Positions 51,631 to 61,791 of a stretch of DNA of 64,000 nt are shown here, one piece after another (the stretch's first letter is position 1; every line of letters starts with the position of its first letter). The translations under genes were made by a program, and so were the position numbers. Origin of the DNA: Zygnema circumcarinatum SAG 698-1b. Its lineage: Eukaryota > Plantae > Zygnematophyceae. The DNA is taken from the NCBI GenBank assembly GCA_037447605.1, contig CM074811.1, positions 62,001 to 126,000 of the forward strand. The letters are read 5' to 3'. Under the pieces are notes generated by a model. It ran no database searches. It was not told the DNA's origin and saw only the letters and a program-made list of their open reading frames with translations.

Positions 51631-52414
51631 TCCTCTGCTCTCTCTCCTCTAGTCTTTCTCTCCTCTACTCTCTCACCTCTGCTCATTCTCTCTCTCTCCT
51701 GTGCTCTCTCCTGTGCTCTCTACTCTAGTCTCTCTCTCCTTTGCTCTCACTCTGCTCACTCTCTTTCTCTCCTTTGCTCTCTCTCTCTCGAACGTTGCGC
51801 TGATGTGTGAGAAGGAGAAAACGCGGGGGGGGGGGAATATCCAGAATGGGGGGGGCGGGATATTTCAAAATAGGGGGCAGAATAGCCGAAATGGGAGGGT
51901 CGGATTTCAAAAAAACAGTGGCGCGATAACCAAAAAGGGGGGGGGTATATAGTTCTCCTATATATTATATAGTCGTAATTAAGCCATCCCTACTACCTGT
52001 ACAGGGCAAATATTGGCTAGCCAACAATTGGCACACAATGGTTGCCGATGGTCGTCGATCCTCTCCCACTGTACAGTCCCGCACGCATTTGCAACCGCGG
52101 GCTTGCTCGTGTACTTGTATGTGTCAATGAAAACGAGCAGCGTACAATAGTAGTAGTAGTAGTCGCGGTGTCATCAATCACTTCGGAAATTTCTCACTAA
52201 TTCCCCCTGACCATACGTATCTATTTCTGAAAACACTCAGCAGACATGATTATCAACAAAAGCATCCGAGCAAGACGTAGTTACTACATAAAGTATTCCT
52301 AGCCAGAGGGGGGTTATTCACTAAAATTATAATAAACCAGACCAAGCTACTAATCAAAATAATTCCAACCAGGCACACTTGGAAACTAATAAAGCTATAT
52401 TCAAAAGAAATTTG

Positions 52415-52550
52415 AGTTGGCATTGATCTCACGATGGCGATGTAATCAAATGTACATGAACAAAAACAATATTTCGAACCAAGGGGAATCGGTCACAAAT
52501 GTTCTAGGGGACGAAAAAAAAAGTCGGAATCCTGCCTCTAGGCCTAATCT
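52415..52550 (-). mobile_element. 3'-end remnant of the RLE-type retroposon
   Basis: ATCTCACGATGGCGATGTAATCAAATGTACATG...GGTCACAAA is collinear with 10930-11010. Confidence 0.6.
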
Positions 52551-53108
52551 GTCGCTCTCCCGCTCTCCCCCGGCCCCCCTCCGTCTGCCCCACATAACCC
52601 CCCCTCCCTCCCCGCCTCACTCCTCTCCCCTCTTCCCTCTCCTCCTCCTGTCCTCACCTCTCCCTCTCTCTTGCTATATCTCTCTCACACTCTCACTCTC
52701 CCCCCGAGTCCGTAGCACCGTTGGCCAGCGGGCTCTGTTCTATGTACACTCAGTCCTCGACAGTCTCTCTGTGAACGCCCCCCCCCNNNNNNNNNNCCCC
52801 CCCCCCCCCCCCCCCCCCCCGAGCAAAACTAAACTAATGAGCAGAAAGGCCCGCCTAGGCTTCGCCAGCTTCTGCCGAACTGTCAATCGCTCCACAGTCC
52901 ACGAGGGTTACAGCCTCGCGCCCCATTCCTGCGCCTCAGCAAATGCCGCGGTGCTGATGCTCGAACCACCGCATCGCGTATCCCAATTAACAGCCGCTTG
53001 ATACAGGTTCAACCCATCATAGGTCTTCATGTTCGGGCGACGTTAGCAAAAAGTGAAAAACAACAAGCATACATTGCTGCTTTATAGAGGTCTGTACTCC
53101 TTTTTTCA

Positions 53109-55142
53109 TCAGTCAGGAAGGTTCCTGCTATCTAGAGCACTTTCCAAGCGCTTGCTGGCAGCTATTCGCATCTCAGTCGACATGTCATCGTCAGGTGCCG
53201 GCCAAAAATCAGTCCATACATGCAGATCCCGTAGCCGACTACCTCGCAGCAGCATGGACAGCAGATGCTCATTTGCTATTCCATGCAAAAAGATTCTTCG
53301 AGCTGTAGAGCAATCTGATAAAATTGCCGCAGACGGTAGTGAAAGTGCTCGGCGATTATGATCTGCATCGGAGGGAGGCCAATATTGCAGCGTCTCAGTG
53401 TGCAAGAATTGTACTCCATGTAGATAGAATCTCTCCCATAATGTGACGTCCACAAACCCGGGCTGGCATGTCATGGTGAAGCCCGTCACTTCGCTCAAGT
53501 CAACACAAAGGTCGGTGAGCTGTGGAAACCTTGCCAAAACTCCGAGTCCAAATACAGGGGCCGGCGGTCGAGCAATGTTCCGGCAATCGCCCCCCACGCC
53601 AATGCGGACCCGTTCAAGGACGGGACAGTTGACCAGGCCTACCATCGCCAATGGAGTCAAAAGAGTTCCTAGCTGTGCCCACAGACTTAATTCCCTCAAA
53701 CAAGCCCAGGGGCTTAACACCAACTCCTGCTCTGCGGCCACCACGGCCTGCTGCTGCTGCAGCACTAGTCCAGCTCCTGCCAGAGCCCCCGGCTTCAATT
53801 GGCTCGGATCGATATTCAACGCATTAACATCCAAGTTTCTCCAGTCACAGTCAAGCTGCAGAAATTCCAAGGTGGGACGCAGGTGCGCCAAGGCCCTGAT
53901 TGCATCGATTGTTGGGATCAGTTGACACTGGCCGATCGTGATGGCTTTCAAAGACTTCTGCAGGATCGCAGCAAGTGATGCCAGGCCTTCATATGTCAAA
54001 TCGGGACAGTTGCAGATGGTGACCTGCCGCAACAACTGGCAGGAAGTTGCAATGGTGGTGACGACACTATCGTTCAAACCAGGGCAACGAGTGATTGAAA
54101 CTTCTCGAAGACCTCCACAGCGGGCCAATCCACCCCCCTCTCCGGATCCATTGCAAATGTCCAGCAGCCCCCCCAGCCGAAGCTTTGTCAAATTGGGGCA
54201 TTTGAGCGCAAGCTCCTCCATGAGTGCACCGCTGTTCGGCAAATTCCTCCAAAGCTGCAAGCTCAGCTCTTGGAGATCTGGTAAGCTCCAGATTAAAGCT
54301 ACGACTCCAGCTGCTGTGATGGTTGGGTTGTTACCATCGCTGTTAGATCGTGCAGATAACCATGCCCACAACTCTACCAATTCAAGGACTTGCAAGCTAG
54401 GACAGTGTGCTCCTAGAGCAGCCAATGTTTCGTCATTGACAGTGTCTGACAATTGAGCCTCCATGTTACAAATGCAATGAAACTCCTTAAGACCAGGACA
54501 TGCCTGGGCAATTGCAAGGATTTCACTTGACTTGAATCCATTGGATGACAGGCCCATAGTCATCAAATTGAGCGACTTGAGATTGGCAATGTGACTTGAG
54601 GCCTGAGCTGCACAGAGTGCTCTGACGGCATCCTCTTGCCAACAGAAGAACTTGGAAAGGTCTAGAGAACGGAGGTTGTTGCAGCCACGTAGAATCGGCA
54701 ATAAATCGGCTCCAAGCTCCTGATTTTCAGCTGGTTCAAAGCCTTTCTTGTGCCACCTAACTAGGCTCACTTCTTCCAACTGTGGCCAGATAGCGGCTAC
54801 AGCTTCAATAACAAGCCTCTCCCGAGCATACACGATCAGCTTTTTCACACGTGGAAAGGCCTTTGTCAGTGTTGCAACGATGTGATCGGAATTTCCTCCA
54901 CAAAGAAGGGAGCTGCCCCAGGGACTGCACATGGAGAGGTCGAGCGAGACCACAGACTTGAAACAGGAGGGGACATGAAGCAAATCAAAAACACTTTTTC
55001 TGAGAGCGAGGTGCTCTCTAGTCTGCCGCTCACAGTCACGCCACAAAGAGCAAACCAAAGCCATGGAATTACGGCTGCGGGTGCACGTGACTGAAGTCAT
55101 AATGCTAAGCAATATACTCGTTGGAAGGTCCATCAGCTGCAT
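53109..55142 (-). CDS. MAX2: F-box/LRR protein MAX2/D3 ortholog, 677 aa, intronless CDS
   Basis: N-terminal F-box (MDLPTSILLSI...RSRNSMALVC...LDLSMCSPWG). The C-terminus YWPPSD...ALSLPSAAIL...PAPDDDMSTEMR...LDSRNLPD* is collinear with plant MAX2/D3. A splice acceptor at 55153 points to a 5'UTR intron. Confidence 0.93.
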   Translation of the reverse strand: MQLMDLPTSILLSIMTSVTCTRSRNSMALVCSLWRDCERQTREHLALRKSVFDLLHVPSCFKSVVSLDLSMCSPWGSSLLCGGNSDHIVATLTKAFPRVKKLIVYARERLVIEAVAAIWPQLEEVSLVRWHKKGFEPAENQELGADLLPILRGCNNLRSLDLSKFFCWQEDAVRALCAAQASSHIANLKSLNLMTMGLSSNGFKSSEILAIAQACPGLKEFHCICNMEAQLSDTVNDETLAALGAHCPSLQVLELVELWAWLSARSNSDGNNPTITAAGVVALIWSLPDLQELSLQLWRNLPNSGALMEELALKCPNLTKLRLGGLLDICNGSGEGGGLARCGGLREVSITRCPGLNDSVVTTIATSCQLLRQVTICNCPDLTYEGLASLAAILQKSLKAITIGQCQLIPTIDAIRALAHLRPTLEFLQLDCDWRNLDVNALNIDPSQLKPGALAGAGLVLQQQQAVVAAEQELVLSPWACLRELSLWAQLGTLLTPLAMVGLVNCPVLERVRIGVGGDCRNIARPPAPVFGLGVLARFPQLTDLCVDLSEVTGFTMTCQPGFVDVTLWERFYLHGVQFLHTETLQYWPPSDADHNRRALSLPSAAILSDCSTARRIFLHGIANEHLLSMLLRGSRLRDLHVWTDFWPAPDDDMSTEMRIAASKRLESALDSRNLPD

Positions 55143-56276
55143 TGAGAGTGTCCTGCACACAAATTGACGTAAGAGGAAAAATGATCACCAGCCCACTTGC
55201 TTCATATCTACAGACGCAATACTTGCTCACCATGGGCTTCCAGCATTCAGAGCTGAATCCAGGACCAGCACTACGTTTGTGCGAACATCAAGGTCGACTT
55301 CCAGAAGACTAGTCCAATCCAAAATCAATCTTATGCCTTGGCATTGTATCATCAGCCACTCACTGCCGCCAGCCAGTGCAAGCAACCGCAACCGAAACTC
55401 CTTCAAACTCCATCATACAAGTGGGAGCTACAGCTTTGCCTACTCGCTCTCCTTAGTTCTACGTGATGAGATGACGATGTAGGTCTTTCGAAACTGAGAA
55501 AAACCATGGGCTCTTTTTTGCACCTAGATATGCAGTCACGAAACAGACGCTAGCAGAGAACTAGCCAGATGAAAACAACCCCCTTAAGTGCAGCCACTCT
55601 TGCGCATAGACAGCAGCCTTACATGGATTCATTGGTCACGCAAGAAATCTATCGAGCTGATGCCGGAACGCCTGCTGTTGTAGCGCAAGCAGAACCCTCG
55701 CCTCGCCCTGACACAAAGCAAGCACAGCGGCGCAGAGAGGCGAGCCTGAGCCTGCCTCTGCCCAGCGAGGCGCAGCGCAGCGTACCTGCACGCGGGTGCT
55801 TTTACGGTGGCGGCCCGTCGCTTTCCACTCCCTCCACCTGCCGCCATGTTTGCCCGCACGCGGCCGGGCCGGGCGGGTGGAGACTAGAGACGGGAGAGGG
55901 GAGAGGGGAGAGGGGAGAGGGGAGCGCGTGAGGGAGGGTGCCGCTGACCAGCGCGCACGGCAGGACGAGCCGAGCGGCGCGGAGTGGAGCGGTCGCGGAG
56001 GCAGGGAGGGAGGGAGGCGGTGAGGCCCGTCCGCCGAGACCGCCCGTTGCCCCGCTGGCCTGGCCGCGCGTCACGCGTGATGTGTCGCGTGTGCCCCGTA
56101 CGGTGCCGTACCGTCGGCGGTTGGCTGGCTGTCCGGCCGGCTGCTTGAGTCGACTAATTCTGAAGGTTCAAAAATACCTGGTTTAAAACCAAAGTTTGAA
56201 ACCAAAAGTTCTAACATTCCGTACAACCGGCCATTCCTACAGTACTGTACGTGGACTGGGCACCCTCGCTCTCATG

Positions 56277-56670
56277 AGTTCATTCCGTTGGCTATCGAGA
56301 TTTTTGGCTGCCTAGACGCTTCGGTTGGATGTCTTCCTTCGCCAGTGCGCCCATCGCTCCTTTTAGATGCACGGCCCCGGAAGCCCTCCCCCAGCGATCC
56401 TCGCAACCTTTTATCGACAGCGGCGTGCAGCGGTTGTTGGTACCCGTCCCGGTGGTCTCCCGCCCCTTCCTGCGCGTGCTGCGTCGCACATCGGCGACCT
56501 TCGCGGCTGCTTCTAGTGCCGTGTTGTTGGGCCGAGATGTAGATTTCCGTTTCGAGGCTTTTTCTTCGTCCTTATGTCCTTTGTGACCGCTTCCTCTGGT
56601 TCCCTATGTCGATTTTATCCATGTACATTTGATGGCCTTGCCATCGTGAGTTCAAACAAACATCCCATTC
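56277..56670 (+). mobile_element. Second 5'-truncated RLE-type retroposon copy
   Basis: EFIPLAIEIFGCL... is homologous to 11031-11360 and has the same 3' end (ATGTACATTTGATGGCC...GAGTTCAA). Possible TSD CTCTCATG at 56269-56276 and 56671-56678. Confidence 0.7.
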
Positions 56671-56686
56671 CTCTCATGGTCGCATG

Positions 56687-56771
56687 TAGGGATGGCCGTA
56701 AGATTATTATTTATTTTTAAATTAACTTTACAGCAAGAATGTAAAGTTATGGTTGATCGCGTTCATCCCTA
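56687..56771. mobile_element. 85-bp hAT MITE
   Basis: Ends TAGGGATG and CATCCCTA. The flanks GTCGCATG / GTTGCACG both derive from GTCGCACG by one CpG transition each. Confidence 0.7.
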
Positions 56772-57207
56772 GTTGCACGATCCCATAGGCCCGGGTGGCC
56801 GGCCGTGCATCCCTTGAATTTGTCGCCGGCTGGAGCCACGCAGCCAAGCGGCCCCCGGCCTCCCTCCCTCTCCGCAGTCCCGTCTTCCTTCGCGCGGGAG
56901 CTGCTTCCCTTGCTCGAGCGTGCGGGCGGGCTCGTCGTCAGTCGTGACGGCCTCGCCTGCACGCACCGACCCGACCCGACCCGGCCCGAGCCGCGGGGAG
57001 GCTTGGAGGAACCGCGAGGTCGCCGCGCTGCTTGCTGACTTCGCTCGCGCGGAGGAGGAGAGCGACGGCGGGTGCTCGCCATGGCTGCTTAACAGCCCCC
57101 GCCTTGTCTGCGCCGCTGCCCCGATTGCCCGGCCCCCGAGACTCGGCCCGCCTGCAGGGACGCAGGACGCTTCGCACTCTCTTGGAGTGTCGTATTCGGA
57201 AAAGGAC

Positions 57208-60200
57208 ATGGCGGAAGCTCCCCTGTGTAGGCGTTCGCGGATGACTGCTGCTTTGTGAAAGGCGCGTGGCGATGAGTGAGGGGGACGGTCGCAGGGTGCG
57301 GGTGTGCTGCAACCTGTGCAAGGCGGCATGGTGGGCTATCAGAAGAACTTGTTCCTCTTCTGGTTTCAGTCTGCTCATGTTTCTCGAAGCTTTTTAACTA
57401 ATTTGGCTGTTGCATATTCTCTGTAAAATGAAAGGAGCAGCCATCACACATTATCAGCAGTCATGGTTGGGTCTTTTCTTCCGTTAGCTCGTGGAAACTG
57501 TGTAGAACAACTATCTCTTTCTTCCTTTTTCAGGCTTCTCTCGTCCGGGCTGGTCATCGTAGCGCTGCCGGTGTTGGCTGTTGGCATGCATCGAGCACAC
57601 TACGCTACCCCTGCTATCGCTTGGTTTGTTGCTGGTGAGGATCCCTCCTCAATACGTTTTTATTCTGGCCTTAGGTGGCACTCTTGTTTAACCGCGTAAA
57701 GCCTTATGTGATTTCGCTTCTTTACTTTACATGAATGGCGGACAGGTGTCTTTGTGATATTGGCCCTCCCGATCTCCTTGCTCGAAGTGGCCCAGCACCT
57801 CGACAATTACACACGGCCGCTCCAGCAGAAGAAGATTATTCGGATTCTTTTTATGGTGCCAATATATGCTGTCAATTCATGGCTTGCGTTGCGGTTTAAA
57901 GACATTGCGATTTACTTGAACACCGTCAGAGAGTGAGCGCCTGCACATGTGCGCCGCCGGACAGGCCTTCCTTCGACTTTCCGTCCGTTTTGTGACTTTG
58001 TGGCTACGCGAACGCATAAGTTGCATCTTTAGCGAGCAGCTTGGTCGCCCTGAAGCCTCACTGAAAAGCATGTTCACGTTGCTGTTTGCTGATTGTCGAC
58101 AGATGCTACGAGGCTTATGTGATATACAGCTTCTTCGAGTATCTCGTGGCATACATTGGGGATGAGCGAATTCTCGTGTGCATCTTGTCTGACAAGTCCC
58201 AAGTGGAGCATATGTGGCCCTTCACATACATTTTCAAACCGTGGGATATGGGAGAGGAATTTCTTCGTGGTTGTAAGGCTGGCGTCCACAATTACGTGAG
58301 TTATAAAACTAGGCTTAATCACAATAGTGAATCACCTTCTCTATTTTGGATCAACTTAATGCGTCGCCACTTGCTGCAACTTTTTCATATCTTGATATTG
58401 ATGCAATTGCCATTGATATCATGCTATTGCGTTGCTTCCGATAGTTTGAATTTGACAAAGGAACACTGGTTTTCTTAAGCTAAGTCCTAAATCTGCAGCG
58501 TACCTGTGACCTAGGCGAGTTAGGCCTAGTGTTAGGCCTAGTGTTTGGCTGCAGTTAGTCCTATACCTCCTTGGTTTTTTTTTTTTTTTTTCTCTGATAG
58601 TCGATACTCTCTATGCAACCTGCCTCAATGTTTGAGTTTTTGGACGCCATTGCTTAGCAAACGTCCTTAATTGCAGCCGTGAGCCTGAGGGTGTAGGTGG
58701 TGCTGCGACCCCTGACCACCTTAATCGCTTTGTAAGTTTTCACACTACATGACATTACTTTTTGGCAGATTCAATCGTGTGATCTTTAGCCAAAGCAGCT
58801 GCAAATAGCGTTCATTGCTGCACTTCCCTTTTTCTGTATCCTGCTGTTTATATTCGTTTTTTTTTTATATTGTTGTGCAGGTTCTGCGAATGGGGTGGCG
58901 TATATGGAGAGGGCATGTTGGTGTTCGACAGAGCATATTTGTACCTTGCCTTCATCAACAATGCTTCTCAAATTGTAACTCTTTTTGCCCAATTTGCCAC
59001 ATTGTCCCTATTGAGTGACATTTGGTGGATTGAACAAATACCTGTTCAGCAAAGGAGAGGGATGCCAAGTGGATGACAGTCACGTGGAAGTGTCCAGCGT
59101 GTAATGGAGGAAGCTTGCACAGGCTGCGCCATAGGACTGGACCTCTGTTACTGTAGCAAGGCATAAAGCGGCGGCAATTGGGAGCCGCTTCGTTCTATGC
59201 ATACAGTCAACAAGGTGCGGGAGTGGGGTTGGGAGGGACTGGACTTGCAGTGGGCGATCTACTGCCTGGTGCTGTTGTATCAGGCCACCCACACAGAGCT
59301 TGCCCCGATGCACCCATTGCCCAAGTTTCTGTGCGTTAAAGCTGTTGTCTTCTTCTCCTGGTGGTGAGCTCCTTTTTTGCCAATTCTACCTTTGCATTTG
59401 TAACATGTTGGCCTTTCCTTCTCTCTGGCAACACAATGGAGCGCTTGAAGTTGAACAAGACAGCACAATTTTAATGCGGAGATTTCCTTGCAAGTTTTGA
59501 TCAAGTTGTCATTGGCCTACCCTATTCCTTTTAATGAAATGAGTTTTCACCCCTGCTTTTTGTACGATGCGGAGCTATCTAAGCCTCCAGGATGTTACGG
59601 GTGCATACTGGAAGCAGGCAAAGTGTTGGTATAGACCTGCTTTTCAAATTCGGCCTCATTACCTCTGCAGACTCGCTATCATCCAACTATGATGTGCGTA
59701 CTGCAGTCACTGCTATCCTGAGTCCCACCTTCCCCTTCCCAACCTTGGAGGCCGAACTTCTACCAGATGCATTCCCATCTGGAGAGTTATTTTTTTTTCT
59801 GTCTCGGGTTTTTTTTTTGTCCTGCGAGTGAAATCAAGCTTGACGCTCAACAGCCTGTGCTACAACACAATGATTATGGACATAGTCACATGCCTTTGTT
59901 GGTTGTTTTCTGGTGCTTGAAGGTCCTTCACCCCTTGTGAGAGCTGAAGCGAGTCGGAGGTTGGGTTGGGTTGTTTTGTGTTGTGCGGCATGGGCAGAGG
60001 GATGACGTGGCGACGGGCATCCAGGTGCAAGTCTTGCCTCATCGCTGCTGTCCAGTCTTGTCGCTGAGTCACATTTTCGAGTAGGCATTCACTGCCTATG
60101 AGTTCTGACGAGTCTGGACTCTGTGGCCGTTACGATCTCTGCCAGCTTTTCTCAGTCCAGAAACGTTTCCTCTCTGTGACGGATAGTTTAAAGTGAGCTC

Positions 60201-60925
60201 CGTTTCGTAAGTGATTGTACTTATAGGTGGAGTGGATGCTCCTTTAGGGAGCTCCTGTGCGACACAATTCCGCATGGGGCTCTGCTCTCCTGGTCTTTGA
60301 GTCAGTCATTTTTGCATCAGCTTGTCATTATGCAGCCGCTTGTGAGTCTATCTGGTCTTATCTTTTATACTGTTGTGCCTCTATACGCTCCTGATTTGTA
60401 GCCAGGATGAGGGGGCACGCAGGACTTCTTGATCTGCATAGAGATGTTCTTCGCAGCTCTGGCCCACGCATACGCTTTCTCCCCTTACGAGGTGCAGTCC
60501 CAATATCCCTAGTATCCACTTCTGCTGGACATATGTTGAACTAAGCCATTGAGCGTTCCTTTCAAGAATGACAAAGCCTCAGGAGATGCTGAAGCGACGT
60601 GGTCTTGCAGTTTATGGAGGCAAACGTCCAAAGGAAACCGTTCTGGCAGAGTGTAAAGGATATGTTCGACGTCAGCGACATCACCAGCGACATGTATGGT
60701 CGAGTGAAGAACACCACAAAAGGCTTCCGAGGCGGCATGACCCATCTGGCGTCGTCCATGCACATGGTGCCCCCGGCAGACACGGGGGCTGCGCACGTGC
60801 AGCTGCCGGTTGTACAAAACAACGAAACAAGAAGTGGGCCTCTCAAGGCGGGGGTCCCCATCCGCCAGTTGGCGGGGGATCCCACAGCGGTCCTGCTTGC
60901 TGCACACGAGCAGGAGCTCGAGTAG
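57208..60925 (+). CDS. TMEM184/LAZ1 (organic solute transporter Ost-alpha, DUF300) family membrane protein, multi-exon
   Basis: Exons encode AWFVAG|[40 protein letters not shown]|[24 protein letters not shown]|QSV and [19 protein letters not shown]. The last exon is 60613-60925. The start codon (57208) and one internal junction are tentative. Confidence 0.88.
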
Positions 60926-61549
60926 GAGCACGCTGTAGCATCGTCTGCTGCTGCGTGTGTTGTGCGCACTGCTGAATGGACATGGCGCGGCCCTTCTGTT
61001 CTCTGTCCTTGCTCCTGAAATGGACGGGTCGTCTCTCCTCTGTCCTGCCGGTGTCACGCAGAGACTCCACTCCTCCACTTGCAACTCAGCATGAGCAGCA
61101 TGATGGGGCTGGGTGCCATGCGTCGTGCTGCCTGCAGGGAACGGAACGGCCCCATGTTGCAAAAGCTAACTGGAGAATCGTGGGTCGTTTGCAACAGGGA
61201 TGTCCAGTGACATCAGGGCAGCATGCTTAGGTCGTCCATCACCCCAACAATCTGTAGTTCCGAGTCTTACATCCTGGTTTAGTGCCACACAAAAAAACAA
61301 TAGCAACCTACACATGAAGAGCAATAATCACGACACTCGCGTATGCCATAAGTACGACGATATGAACCGAGGCACCAGCAAGTGCAACAGCATCAACTGC
61401 GACAGGGTGTAGCAGGAGGCGGAGGGAGGGAGGGAGGGAGGGAGGCGAAGGCCACTCCCGCGAGTTGGCGCTCCGCAGGCGCTCGAGCTTGCCGCCCTCC
61501 GCCCGTCGGCGGACTGTGACTCCGCCGATGACGCGATGCGGCGGTGCGC

Positions 61550-61652
61550 CACGTGGGCCCGGCCGTACACTTTTGGACCGCCACCGACTTGGCAGAGCGT
61601 CCACGTGGCGCTCGGCGATCTGGGAGATATCCGGCACGTGCGGCGCCACGTG
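61550..61652 (+). promoter_or_regulatory. Four G-boxes (CACGTG) upstream of CLC-e
   Basis: CACGTG at 61550, 61602, 61635 and 61647, 140-240 bp before the ATG. Confidence 0.45.
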
Positions 61653-61791
61653 GCGGGTCGCGCGGCCCCGCGATCGTATGGCGCGGGGCCGCCTCTGCAC
61701 CGCGCCGGGGACACGGAACAGGGAGGGAGGGAGCGAGGGAGCGAAGGAGCGAGGGAGAGCCGGCCTGGCCGGGCTTGCAAGGGGGGACACC

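Larger units (their letters stand above)
10856..51992. mobile_element. Outer hAT-superfamily non-autonomous element expanded by nested insertions to ~41 kb
   Basis: Left TIR TAGGGATGGC at 10856-10865 and right TIR GCCATCCCTA at 51983-51992. Both are flanked by an identical 8-mer, CTACCTGT (10848-10855 and 51993-52000). The two subterminal sequences match the two different ends of the MITE family seen at 11535, 23160 and 23446. Confidence 0.85.

Noticed and set aside
55885-55935. (GGGGAGA)n tract as a G-quadruplex regulator
   Set aside because: On the MAX2 sense strand it is an ordinary CT-rich leader tract; there is no further support.
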